Origin: Deferribacterales bacterium
Lineage (GTDB): Bacteria > Chrysiogenota > Deferribacteres > Deferribacterales > Geovibrionaceae
Reading direction: 5' to 3'
Assembly: GCA_050251875.1 (NCBI GenBank)
Contig: JBFWMA010000006.1
Coordinates: forward strand, 96,001-160,000
Length of the DNA stretch: 64,000 nt
The notes under the pieces were generated by a model. It was not told where the DNA came from, did not search any database, and worked only from the letters and a program-made list of their open reading frames with translations. Below, piece after piece: positions 8,372-17,907 of this stretch. Position numbers and translations under genes: made by a program. Numbering within the stretch: position 1 is the first letter of the stretch; each line of letters opens with the position of its first letter.

Positions 8372-9070
8372 ATGAAGCTGATAACAGTAGCGGGTCCTCC
8401 GTCATCAGGCAAAACTTCCGTGATAATAAAAACCGCCGAGCACCTGAAAAAATCAGTTGGCAAAATCGGCGTGGTGAAATTCGACTGTCTGTCCACCACA
8501 GACCACGCTGTGTATGCCAGAGCGGGCATACCTGTGGTAACCGGAATATCAGGCAACCTGTGTCCCGACCACTTCTTTGTGAGCAACATAGACGACTGTG
8601 TTCAGTGGGCAAAGGGCAAGGGATTCGACATGCTGATATCAGAGAGCGCCGGACTGTGCAACAGATGCAGTCCGCACATAAAGAACGTGCTCGCCGTCTG
8701 TGTCATAGACAATCTGGCGGGGGCGGACACCCCGCAGAAAATAGGTCCTATGCTGAGATACGCCGACATAGTCACCGTGACTAAGGGCGACATAGTGTCA
8801 CAGGCAGAGCGGGAGGTTTTTTCATTCAGAGTGCGTCAGGCGAACCCCAAAGCCTCCGTGGTGTTCATAAACGGCATCACCGGACAGGGCTCATACGATC
8901 TGTCGCACAGCTTCCTGAAATCCACCGATGTGGACACTCTGGAAGGCGCTAAGCTGAGATTCTCTGTTCCCGCCGCCATCTGCCCCTACTGCGTGGGCGA
9001 GATGACTATCGGTGTGGATCACCAGAAGGGCAATGTGAAAAAGATGTCGTTTCAGGAGGTGACAGCATGA
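8372..9070 (+). CDS. G3E-family (UreG/HypB/CobW-like) P-loop GTPase
   Basis: GPPSSGKT, VVKFD, CPDH, ESAG, TKGD; extra CNRC and CPYC motifs. Confidence 0.88.
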   Translation: MKLITVAGPPSSGKTSVIIKTAEHLKKSVGKIGVVKFDCLSTTDHAVYARAGIPVVTGISGNLCPDHFFVSNIDDCVQWAKGKGFDMLISESAGLCNRCSPHIKNVLAVCVIDNLAGADTPQKIGPMLRYADIVTVTKGDIVSQAEREVFSFRVRQANPKASVVFINGITGQGSYDLSHSFLKSTDVDTLEGAKLRFSVPAAICPYCVGEMTIGVDHQKGNVKKMSFQEVTA

Positions 9071-10089
9071 GCGTTGATCTCCTGAATATACCCTTCGCCG
9101 TCATTACGGACGAGCACCCCTATGCCGAAGACTACTTCAAATCCGTGAACATCACGGATTTCGACACAGAGCTGACGCCAAACGAAATAATATCGGCGCT
9201 GGATGACAACGAGCTGACAGAGAACGGCTTTTCGAAAGATCAGATAGCGTCTCACTTCATAGAATTCATAGCTCAGGCGTCCATGCTGAAACAGACCGCC
9301 TCCAGAGCGGTGGAGAGCATCACCATCATAGGCGGACAGGACAAATCCGGCAGAAAAGAGGACATGGAACTGACCCTCGTCCCCGGCGACATCCTCTGCA
9401 TAGTGGGGAGCACAGGCTCAGGCAAGAGCCGTCTGCTGGCGGATATAGAATGTTTCGCTCAGGAGGACACCCCCACAGGCAGAACGATTCTGGTGAACGG
9501 AAAACCCCTCATAGGCGAGGAGAGATTCCGTCTGGAAAACAAGCTGGTGGCTCAGCTCAGCCAGAACATGAACTTCGTGGTGGATATGAGCGTGGGGGAT
9601 TTCATCACCATGCACGCCGTCAGCCGTATGATACCGGATATCGAAACCACGGTGAAAAACGTGATAGCCTGCGCCAACGATCTGGCGGGCGAGCAGTTCA
9701 CACCGGAAACAGCTCTGACACAGCTCTCAGGAGGACAGTCCAGAGCTCTGATGATAGCCGACACAGCTCTTCTGAGCTCCAGCCCGGTGGTGCTGATAGA
9801 CGAGATAGAGAACGCAGGAGTGGACAGGAAAAAAGCTCTGGAACTGCTGGTTCAGAAAGAAAAAATAGTGTTGATGTCCACCCACGACCCCATACTGGCT
9901 CTGATGGGCAACAGACGCATAGCCATAAAAAACGGCGGGATAGCCGCTGTGATGGAGACCGATGACGAGGAGGCGGACACTCTGGAAGTTCTGGAGATTC
10001 TGGACGCCAAAATGATGGATCTGCGCCAGAGACTGAGAGCCGGCGAGCGCATCGGTTTTGATATGAAAAAATTCTTCGGGATTAAATAG
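9067..10089 (+). CDS. ABC-family ATPase with N-terminal extension
   Basis: Walker A GSTGSGKS, signature LSGGQ, Walker B VLIDE, H-loop STHD; ATGA overlap with the GTPase gene. Confidence 0.88.
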   Translation: MSVDLLNIPFAVITDEHPYAEDYFKSVNITDFDTELTPNEIISALDDNELTENGFSKDQIASHFIEFIAQASMLKQTASRAVESITIIGGQDKSGRKEDMELTLVPGDILCIVGSTGSGKSRLLADIECFAQEDTPTGRTILVNGKPLIGEERFRLENKLVAQLSQNMNFVVDMSVGDFITMHAVSRMIPDIETTVKNVIACANDLAGEQFTPETALTQLSGGQSRALMIADTALLSSSPVVLIDEIENAGVDRKKALELLVQKEKIVLMSTHDPILALMGNRRIAIKNGGIAAVMETDDEEADTLEVLEILDAKMMDLRQRLRAGERIGFDMKKFFGIK

Positions 10090-10103
10090 ATTTTATATAT
10101 TCT

Positions 10104-10163
10104 GTAGGGCGGTATTTTATATGCCGCCGTTTTTTTGCGGCGTGGTGTAAAACCACGCCCTAC
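10104..10163. repeat. Inverted pair of GTAG-type REP palindromes (REPIN-like)
   Basis: GTAG-GGCGG-N11-CCGCC, then GGCGTGGT-N5-ACCACGCC-CTAC in inverted orientation, between convergent genes. Confidence 0.7.
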
Positions 10164-10167
10164 TTTA

Positions 10168-10953
10168 TCAGCTCTTCTTATTTATAGTTCTGAGCGCCCT
10201 TTTGCAGATCTTCGCTGTTTCCTTCGTGGGGCTCTCTTTTGTCCATCTGTCAGTAATCCCTATGACCCATTCCGGTTTAGATTTCGATGCGTCATTCAGC
10301 CAGTTTGCCACGGAATCCTGAACATATTTATGCGGATCGGAACGCAGAGGCTCCAGAATGGCAAGCCCCGTCTCCGGGCTGTCTTTCAGCTTTTGTATAT
10401 GAGCGCACCACACGCCCCTGGGTCTGGTCGCCTCGCTGGCGCACCGTCTGATATATGCGCTGTCGGATGATGTCCACGGAAGCAGAAGCTCCACCGCCCG
10501 CTCAACATCTTTCGCTATATCGTCTCTCAGCGCCATCCAGGCCATCTCACGCACGCCCATGTGTATGTCGTCAGCGAACGGCTTTATCAGCTCCAGCCGG
10601 GTCTCCATATCGGTCTCTCTGAAACCGTATGCCAGACACGCCCAGCATCTGGCTATGTCTGATTCATGATAAGAAAAAACGTCCAGTGTCTGCGGATATT
10701 TCAGCAGAAACTTTCCGATGTTTCTGTAGCATGTCATCAGTTTCTGGTTCAGAGGATCGTTCCTCAGCTCGGAAATATCTAATACCATACCGCTGTCACG
10801 CAGTATGTTTTCCAGCAGGACAAAATTATTCACTGCCATAGACTCCCCCAGATTAACTGTAGGTATCCTGCCTGTCTCTATCAGAGCCAGAATGTCCGCA
10901 GGCACATCTTTCGGCGATGTGGCGCCTTTTCTGTTTAATATATCAGCATTCAT
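10168..10953 (-). CDS. DNA alkylation repair protein (AlkD-like HEAT repeat)
   Basis: RRCASEATRPRGVWCAHI, YVQDSVANWLNDASK, RALRT motifs. Confidence 0.85.
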   Translation of the reverse strand: MNADILNRKGATSPKDVPADILALIETGRIPTVNLGESMAVNNFVLLENILRDSGMVLDISELRNDPLNQKLMTCYRNIGKFLLKYPQTLDVFSYHESDIARCWACLAYGFRETDMETRLELIKPFADDIHMGVREMAWMALRDDIAKDVERAVELLLPWTSSDSAYIRRCASEATRPRGVWCAHIQKLKDSPETGLAILEPLRSDPHKYVQDSVANWLNDASKSKPEWVIGITDRWTKESPTKETAKICKRALRTINKKS

Positions 10954-11626
10954 AATCTATCATATACTCAATATAGCCTTTCATGCGCAGTCTGCACGCC
11001 GGACACCTTCCGCATCCATAGCCCCATTTATGCCTGTGTTTTCTGTCGCCTTCATAGCATGTGTGGCTGTCTTCCAGCACTGTTTCCAGAACGCCGCAGT
11101 CCTTCGCCAGCTTGAATGTCTGTGCCTTGTTCAGGTGCATCAGAGGCGTATGGATTTTAATATCGCACTCACTGCCCGTGTTCAGGGATTCTTCCATCAG
11201 GCTGACAAATCCGCTCCGGCAGTCGGGATATCCGGAATAGTCCGTCTCGCACACACCCGTCACCAGATTATCGCACCCCAGAAGCTGTGCATAGGCGTGG
11301 GACAGAGTGATGAAAAGAGCGTTTCTGTTGGGGACATATGAAGCCGGAAGGTTTTTCAGCCTCGGGTGGGCTCCGTTCACATCAGCCCCGCTGGTCAGGG
11401 CGGAATCGACCATCCCGGCGAAAAAACTGATATCGACTATTTTCGAGGAGACGTTCATCTTCTCCGCTATTATCCCCGCCTGTATCAGCTCCACAGAATG
11501 ATTCTGTCCGTATCCGAAAGATATGGTATGCACCCTGTCGAATCTGTCCAGCGCCCAGCCCAGACATGTCGTGCTGTCCTGCCCGCCGGAGAAGATCACC
11601 AGAGCGTTGTTATTGATTTTCCGCAT
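10943..11626 (-). CDS. queC: 7-cyano-7-deazaguanine synthase
   Basis: FSGGQDSTTC, VPNRN, YPDCR, Zn ligands HTCY..GCGRCPAC. Confidence 0.95.
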   Translation of the reverse strand: MRKINNNALVIFSGGQDSTTCLGWALDRFDRVHTISFGYGQNHSVELIQAGIIAEKMNVSSKIVDISFFAGMVDSALTSGADVNGAHPRLKNLPASYVPNRNALFITLSHAYAQLLGCDNLVTGVCETDYSGYPDCRSGFVSLMEESLNTGSECDIKIHTPLMHLNKAQTFKLAKDCGVLETVLEDSHTCYEGDRKHRHKWGYGCGRCPACRLRMKGYIEYMIDYEC

Positions 11627-11981
11627 TATAAAACTTCCTGTAGTCGCCGTCAGCCACCTCAGCCATATCGCAGTGGTGCCCCCTGCCCATAAATATATAG
11701 GCGCAGACTGTACGCTCAGCGCATATCACGTCTGTGACGGTCATATAATAAAACTCGCCTTCATAATCTGTGAGTCTCTTTAGAAGACTGTCCGGAACCT
11801 CATAAAGTTCGCCTTTTATCCGGCACTTACTGCGCCCGTTAAAGACAAATGGGTATCCATCGTTAATATACATGGACAGAGGGTCCACGGTGACCGCTTC
11901 CGGGCAGACCAGCTCAGCTCCGTCCATCTCTTCATTTGCTCTCATCCCGCTCATCAGCGAGCCGTATACAAACATTTTCAT
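11610..11981 (-). CDS. Gamma-glutamylcyclotransferase family protein (AIG2/YtfP-like)
   Basis: FVYGSL, GELY, DYEG motifs. Confidence 0.85.
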   Translation of the reverse strand: MKMFVYGSLMSGMRANEEMDGAELVCPEAVTVDPLSMYINDGYPFVFNGRSKCRIKGELYEVPDSLLKRLTDYEGEFYYMTVTDVICAERTVCAYIFMGRGHHCDMAEVADGDYRKFYNAENQ

Positions 11982-11985
11982 AGGC

Positions 11986-13092
11986 TTATTCCAGTGTTTT
12001 CTTAAATTTTATCGAGGCGACTGTCAGAAAAAAAACGGCGTGTATGCACAGCCAAATGAGCTGTTTGGACATCTCATGGAATGTCGCTCCCTTCACCACC
12101 ACGCCTATTATCCCCTCCAGACCCCAGCGCAGAGGCACCAGATGGGTGAAATACTGCACAGGCACGGGCATGTTGTTAACAGGGAACATATATCCGCTCA
12201 GAAGAGCGCTGGGCATCATCAGAAAAAATGATGTCAGAAGCGCCTGCTGCTGTGTTCTGGCGGAGGCGCTCACCAGAAGAGCCAGCCCCAGATATGTCAG
12301 TATGTTTATGATTATTATCAGATAAAGCAGAAAAATACTGCCCTTAATAGTTATATCGAAAATCACGCCCGCCATGATAAACATCATGGTGCTGGTGAGA
12401 AGCCCCGTCAGCATGAACGGCATGGTCTTTCCGATGATGAATTCCGGACGGGTAATGGGCGTCACCATCACCTGTTCGATGGTGCCTATCTCCTTCTCCC
12501 GCACGATGGCTATGCTCGTCAGCAGCATGCTGGTAACCATAATCATCAGGGCGATCAGCCCCGGCACATAATAGTTGCGGCTGAGCAGGTTCACGTTGAA
12601 CAGGCTTCTGGTCTGAAATGTCACCTCAGACGTCTTCATATCAGCGTTCTTCTCAGCGTTATAAAGGTTTATAACGCCCGAAGCATAGCTGAAAATCGTC
12701 CCGGCGTCATTGCTCATGGTTCCGTCACCGATAACCTGAATCTCCGCAGGTTTATGCGACAGAATATTTTTCTCCGTGCCTTTTGAAAAGACCACAGCGC
12801 CCCGCACATCGCCCCTGTCCAGCATCATTTTCAGATCGTCAGCGCTCTTTGCGTAGGTTTTTATTATAAAATATCCGCCGGACTGAAACCTGTCCGCTAT
12901 CTCTCTGGTGGTGACTGTTTTGTCATAATCCAGAACGGCGATATCGATATTCTTCACATCCATAGTCAGAGCGAAAGAGAACACCATAAGCTGTATCAGC
13001 GGAAAAACGAACACGATCATCCGCATCTTGGGGTCTCTCAGCATCTGTTTCATCTCTTTTTTCAGCATCGATCTGATGGTAAGCAGTTTCAT
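11986..13092 (-). CDS. ABC-2 exporter permease (YbhR-like)
   Basis: VPGLIA, IVREKEIGTIEQVMVTPI, LLSG.MFP. Confidence 0.9.
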   Translation of the reverse strand: MKLLTIRSMLKKEMKQMLRDPKMRMIVFVFPLIQLMVFSFALTMDVKNIDIAVLDYDKTVTTREIADRFQSGGYFIIKTYAKSADDLKMMLDRGDVRGAVVFSKGTEKNILSHKPAEIQVIGDGTMSNDAGTIFSYASGVINLYNAEKNADMKTSEVTFQTRSLFNVNLLSRNYYVPGLIALMIMVTSMLLTSIAIVREKEIGTIEQVMVTPITRPEFIIGKTMPFMLTGLLTSTMMFIMAGVIFDITIKGSIFLLYLIIIINILTYLGLALLVSASARTQQQALLTSFFLMMPSALLSGYMFPVNNMPVPVQYFTHLVPLRWGLEGIIGVVVKGATFHEMSKQLIWLCIHAVFFLTVASIKFKKTLE

Positions 13093-14228
13093 CAGTTCAG
13101 CCTCATCTTCAGTCTTTTATTGGCTATCAGAATCATCAGCGCCGTATATATCAGCAGAAACAGAAAATTCAGAAATATCATCTCCAGCCCCACACCTTTC
13201 AGATAGATGCTCTTAAGCATGGACACGAAATATCTGGCGGGAAACACATGGGTCAGAATCCTGATAGGCAGCGGCATGTTGGCTATGGTAAAGACAAATC
13301 CGCTCAGCATCAGTGTCGGCAGAAATCCCGTGACGATGGCTATCTGGTTCGCCAGCACCTGTTTTTTCAGGTTGATGCTCAGCACCAGACCGAAGAACAG
13401 CACCCCGGTCAGAAATATAGTCGCCACAAAAAACAGCAGAGCCGGATTGCCCCGCATAGGCACTCCGAAAACCAGCCTGCCCAGCCCCACGGCGATTATC
13501 ACATCCGCCAGACCTATGCAGTAGAGCGGAATCACCTTGCCGAATGTAAGCTCCAGCCGGCGCACGGGCGTGCTGATCAGCTGTTCCATCGTCCCCGTCT
13601 CCCACTCACGGGCAACGGTAACACTGGCGAGCATGGCGGCGATAACAGCCATCACGATAGCCAGAATCCCCGGCACGATCATATATGTGCTCACCATCCC
13701 CTGGTTGTACCAGGCTCTGGGAACAGCCACCGCCTGAACACCTCCGGACGTGTTTCCGGTCAGGCTCACACTCTCCGCCTTCAGCTTGGTGTTATATATC
13801 ATAGACAGCGCCTGAATATAGTTCAGCGCCTGTCTGCCTGTGTTTGCGTCACTGCCGTCTATCAGCACCTGAACGGAAGTCTCCTCTCCCTTCAGCACCC
13901 TGTCGGCAAAATCCCTCTTTATTATCACCCCGGTCAGTATCCGCTTCATCCGCAGATCCTGCTGGAGCTGTTCGTATGATGTGTATCCACGCTTAACGCT
14001 GAAATAGTCCGAGCCGTCAAATATGCTCACCAGCTCACGGCTCTGGGGAGTGTTCGAGAAATCCACAACACCTGTGGGGATGTTCTTCAGGTCGGTGTTC
14101 AGAGCGTATCCGAAGAGCAGTATCAGCATCACTGGAATAGCTATAGCCAGAAACAGGCTCCGCCAGTCTCTGATTATATGTATGAACTCCTTTATCACCA
14201 CGGCTTTCAGCCGTCTGGGACTAAACAT
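13092..14228 (-). CDS. ABC-2 exporter permease (YbhS-like)
   Basis: LFGYA, VPGILA, VAREWETGTMEQLISTPV. Confidence 0.9.
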   Translation of the reverse strand: MFSPRRLKAVVIKEFIHIIRDWRSLFLAIAIPVMLILLFGYALNTDLKNIPTGVVDFSNTPQSRELVSIFDGSDYFSVKRGYTSYEQLQQDLRMKRILTGVIIKRDFADRVLKGEETSVQVLIDGSDANTGRQALNYIQALSMIYNTKLKAESVSLTGNTSGGVQAVAVPRAWYNQGMVSTYMIVPGILAIVMAVIAAMLASVTVAREWETGTMEQLISTPVRRLELTFGKVIPLYCIGLADVIIAVGLGRLVFGVPMRGNPALLFFVATIFLTGVLFFGLVLSINLKKQVLANQIAIVTGFLPTLMLSGFVFTIANMPLPIRILTHVFPARYFVSMLKSIYLKGVGLEMIFLNFLFLLIYTALMILIANKRLKMRLN

Positions 14229-16122
14229 TTTTCCCCTCCGGATCAGCCTTTTCTATCATCGATACAAAAACGTCTTCCATAGACGGCATAACCTTTCTCA
14301 CTTCCGCTGAAATCCTTCTGTCCCTGAAAAATTCCGCTATGCCCTCTTGCGCCGAAATGCCTCCTGTGCGCAGGTGCAGTCCGGCCCCGAACAGAGACAC
14401 GTCCACCACGCCTTTCACCGCGGTGAGCCCGTCTATGTAGTCCTGAGGACGGTTCACTTTCACCTCTATGATGTTGTCGCTCATCATTTCCGATTTCAGG
14501 GTTTCGGGTCTGCCCATGGCTATCATCTCGCCTCTGAATATCAGCGCCAGTCTGTCGCAGTATTCCGCCTCTTCCATATAGTGAGTGCTGACGAATACGG
14601 TAACTCCGTGAAGCGCCAGCTCGTTTATAATAGCCCAGAAGAGCCGTCTGCTCGCCGGGTCTGCCCCGCTGGTGGGTTCATCCAGAAAAACGATGGACGG
14701 CTTATGCAGGATGGAACATGCCAGAGCCAGCCTCTGACGCCACCCGCCCACCAGAACGGATGTCATCTCGTTCTTTCTGTCTCTCAGCCCCGAAAGCTCC
14801 AGAGCCCAGTCACGGCGTTTTTCCAGTTCGGCGTTCTTCAGCCCGTATATCCCGCCATAGAAATCTATATTTTCATAAACCTTAAGATCTTCGTACAATG
14901 AGAATTTCTGGCTCATATACCCTATGGACGCCTTGATCTTCTCAGCGTCTTTCATCACATCCATCCCGCCCACTCTGCCGGAGCCGGATGTGGGCGGCAG
15001 AAGCCCGCACAGCATCTTTATGGTGGTGCTCTTTCCTGCGCCGTTGGGTCCCAGAAAGCCGAATATCTCGCCGTAAGGCACTGTGAGATTTATCGAGTTA
15101 ACAGCGGTGAAGTCGCCGAATTTCTTTGTGAGATCAGTCACCTTCAGAGATTCGCCAGATCTTTTGGCTATGTCGTCCGTCACCATGGACAATATCCTGT
15201 CGTCCGCTGACGATCCCTTCTGCATGCTCATAAAGATGTCTTCGAGAACAGGCAGATCGTCCTCCACTATGAAGTCGGGCGATATTTCAGCCAGTTTTTT
15301 TCTGTCCGTCTCTTTGTCTGTGCTGAATATGCGGAATTTGTCGCCGAAAGAGTGTACTCTGTCCGCTCCGAAGGCTTTTTTCAGCTCGCCCGATGCCTTG
15401 CGGCAGTTGCCGCATCTGACGGACAGCATATTCAGCCCGCTGTTCATCACCACATCATTCGGCGTGCCCTCGGCTATCACTTTTCCGCCGTTCATGAGCC
15501 CGATGCGGGAGCATCGCTCCGCCTCGTCCAGATAAGCGGTGCTCATGACTATAGTCATGCCGTCCGCCACCAGTTTATAGAGAATTTTCCAGAAATCCCG
15601 TCTGCTGACAGGGTCAACGCCGTTGGTGGGCTCGTCCAGCAGAAGCACCTTCGGTTTATGCACCAGAGCGCACACCAGCTGGAGTTTCTGTTTCATGCCT
15701 CCGGAGAGTCTGCCCGCCTGACGTTTTTTGAACGGACGCATATAGCTGAAATCCAGCAGATCTTCGATATGCTCCTTCAGCCCGTGCTTCTCCACCCCGT
15801 ACAGATCGGCATAGAATTTTATATTTTCCCACACGGTCAGATCGGGATAGAGCCCGAATTTCTGGCTCATATAGGCGATGGAATCCTTCACGGCGTCATG
15901 TTCCGTGTCGCATGAATGTCCGCAGACATACACGCTCCCGCTGTCCGGTTTCAGAATCCCCGCTATGATGCGGAGCATGGTGGTTTTGCCCGCTCCGTCC
16001 GGACCTATCAGCCCGTATATCTCGCCCTCGTTCACGCCGAGGGATATATTGTCGGCGGCTGTTACGTCCTTATATTTTTTTGTTATAGACTCCGCATATA
16101 CGGCGAAGCTGGTTTTATTCAT
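14221..16122 (-). CDS. ABC exporter ATP-binding protein with two NBDs (YbhF-like)
   Basis: Two Walker A motifs (GPDGAGKT, GPNGAGKS), LSGGMKQ, LDEPT twice. Confidence 0.92.
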   Translation of the reverse strand: MNKTSFAVYAESITKKYKDVTAADNISLGVNEGEIYGLIGPDGAGKTTMLRIIAGILKPDSGSVYVCGHSCDTEHDAVKDSIAYMSQKFGLYPDLTVWENIKFYADLYGVEKHGLKEHIEDLLDFSYMRPFKKRQAGRLSGGMKQKLQLVCALVHKPKVLLLDEPTNGVDPVSRRDFWKILYKLVADGMTIVMSTAYLDEAERCSRIGLMNGGKVIAEGTPNDVVMNSGLNMLSVRCGNCRKASGELKKAFGADRVHSFGDKFRIFSTDKETDRKKLAEISPDFIVEDDLPVLEDIFMSMQKGSSADDRILSMVTDDIAKRSGESLKVTDLTKKFGDFTAVNSINLTVPYGEIFGFLGPNGAGKSTTIKMLCGLLPPTSGSGRVGGMDVMKDAEKIKASIGYMSQKFSLYEDLKVYENIDFYGGIYGLKNAELEKRRDWALELSGLRDRKNEMTSVLVGGWRQRLALACSILHKPSIVFLDEPTSGADPASRRLFWAIINELALHGVTVFVSTHYMEEAEYCDRLALIFRGEMIAMGRPETLKSEMMSDNIIEVKVNRPQDYIDGLTAVKGVVDVSLFGAGLHLRTGGISAQEGIAEFFRDRRISAEVRKVMPSMEDVFVSMIEKADPEGKNV

Positions 16123-16124
16123 AT

Positions 16125-17147
16125 CTATTTGCTCAGGATGATGTTTCCGTCAACCGGCATGCCGTATTTCAGCTCCATGTCATGGTTGTCTATGGCTACT
16201 TTTATCCTGTACATGAAGTTGACCCTTTCGTCCTGTGTCTGCACCGCTTTCGGGGTGAACTCCGCCTCGTCAGCGATATATGATATTCTGCCTTTATACA
16301 CTTTGTCCGGATAGGTGTCGGTGGTTATATCCACTATATCCCCCAGCTTTATCCTGCCCAGAGACGTTTCGTTCACATATCCCCTGACCCATGCGTCTTT
16401 GAGATCTGCCACAGTCAGAATCACGCTTCCGGTCTGAACATATTCCCCCGGCTCCACAGGGCGGGTCAGCACACGTCCGCTGACGGGGCTTTTCAGCACT
16501 GTGTATGTCAGGTTCTGTCTGGCGGTGTTCAGGGCGCTGAGCGCTACTTCCAGAGAGGCGTGCGCTTTCTTTATGGTTTCGCTTCTGGTGCCTTCCACTG
16601 TCATGCTCATGGTCTGGCGGGCGGATGTGAGAGACGCTTCCGCCTCTTTCACTCCGTTCACCGCTTTTTTATAAGCTGTGTCGTATTTTTCAAAGTCCTG
16701 ACGGCTGACGCCCTTGCTCTTATACAGCTCGGCGTATCTCTCTCTGTCGGTCTTAGCCTGAGCCAGCTCGGTGTTTGCTATATCAAGAGCCGCCTGAGCC
16801 TTTTCCACGGATGCCTCGGCGTTTTTTATCTCCTGTTTTCTGCTGCCTGCCAGCAGTTCGTCCAGCGATGCCCTGCTGAGAGAAGCGTTCGCCTCCGCTG
16901 TCTTTACAGCCAGTTTGTGGTCTGCGTCATCCAGCATTGCGACATCTTCACCCTGCTTAACAGTATCTCCTTCGGCAAAAAGCACTTCGGTCACTCTTCC
17001 GGATGTTTTGAACGACAGGGCGACATCTGTCACCTCCACAGTACCTGAGAATGTCACAGCGTCCGTATTGCCGCCGCCTCCGGTACGGAGAAAGAAGATC
17101 ACGGCAACCGCCGCTATTATAATTACAGGAATGATTATCTTTTTCAT
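16125..17147 (-). CDS. HlyD-family membrane fusion protein (YbhG-like)
   Basis: N-terminal anchor, lipoyl-like halves, coiled coil, AEFTPKAVQT..ER. Confidence 0.92.
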   Translation of the reverse strand: MKKIIIPVIIIAAVAVIFFLRTGGGGNTDAVTFSGTVEVTDVALSFKTSGRVTEVLFAEGDTVKQGEDVAMLDDADHKLAVKTAEANASLSRASLDELLAGSRKQEIKNAEASVEKAQAALDIANTELAQAKTDRERYAELYKSKGVSRQDFEKYDTAYKKAVNGVKEAEASLTSARQTMSMTVEGTRSETIKKAHASLEVALSALNTARQNLTYTVLKSPVSGRVLTRPVEPGEYVQTGSVILTVADLKDAWVRGYVNETSLGRIKLGDIVDITTDTYPDKVYKGRISYIADEAEFTPKAVQTQDERVNFMYRIKVAIDNHDMELKYGMPVDGNIILSK

Positions 17148-17785
17148 TTAACAGCTCCGTTCAGCGCATTCAGGCTGAAACTGTATATATGCTCAACCAT
17201 GATATCCATATTCTCTTTTGTCGGTTCTTTCATCAGGTCGGTTTTCATCAGCACCTTATTCACAAACATAGGAAACATGCACTGCCCCACTATGCTCAGC
17301 ACATGTCTGAACTTATTCTCATCGCTCATTTTATCCCCGACAAACTCAGTGACGATGGCGAATCCCACTGTCCTGATTTCTGATATTCTGGTAACCAGAT
17401 ACATGTCCATGGCGTCTGTGGGCTCTATCATCTCACGGCTGAGGATGTTCAGCCTCGCCTTTGACCCGCCTATGCCGTGGAGACCGAAGGCTCTGTTCAT
17501 CATGGTTATCACCAGTCCCTTCAGCTTCTCCTCCTTTGTCATTTCAGGACGCACAAAATCGCTCAGCGGATAGCTCCCCGCCACAGATTCCACTATGGAT
17601 GAGAAAATCTCATTATAAAGCTGCTGTTTGGAGTTAAAATAATAATTGATCAGAGCCTGATTGACTCCGGCTTTCTTGCAGATATCCCTCACCGTGGCGG
17701 CACGATATCCCTTGTCTCCGAAAACCTCTGATGCCGCTTCCAGAATCTTTACTCTTGTTGTCTTTTTCAAAATCAACCCTCGCAT
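17144..17785 (-). CDS. TetR-family regulator (CecR/YbiH-like)
   Basis: ILEAASEVFGDKGYRAATVRDICKKAGVNQALINYYFNSK; true start probably ATG 17785 or TTG 17770, not 17929. Confidence 0.9.
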   Translation of the reverse strand: MRGLILKKTTRVKILEAASEVFGDKGYRAATVRDICKKAGVNQALINYYFNSKQQLYNEIFSSIVESVAGSYPLSDFVRPEMTKEEKLKGLVITMMNRAFGLHGIGGSKARLNILSREMIEPTDAMDMYLVTRISEIRTVGFAIVTEFVGDKMSDENKFRHVLSIVGQCMFPMFVNKVLMKTDLMKEPTKENMDIMVEHIYSFSLNALNGAVK

Positions 17786-17793
17786 TGTTTCTA

Positions 17794-17809
17794 TTAAACA
17801 AATGTATAA
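17794..17809. promoter_or_regulatory. Candidate TetR operator
   Basis: TTAAACA-AA-TGTATAA, one mismatch from a palindrome, just upstream of the TetR start. Confidence 0.5.
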
Positions 17810-17907
17810 CTTTTTATAAGACTTTTCTACTGTTTTTATTCTGTTGAAAATGATTTTTTTGTATGTTAGGTTATTTAACTTTTCAAAAAAATTATGAGTG
17901 ATGCAAT

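Noticed and set aside
8372..9070. True ureG or hypB
   Set aside because: No urease or hydrogenase genes nearby, and the extra CxxC motifs and TKGD differ from the canonical proteins.
10943..11626. queC as part of an anti-phage system (QatC or Dpd-type)
   Set aside because: Canonical length and motifs, with no qatABD, dpdA or TatD neighbours.
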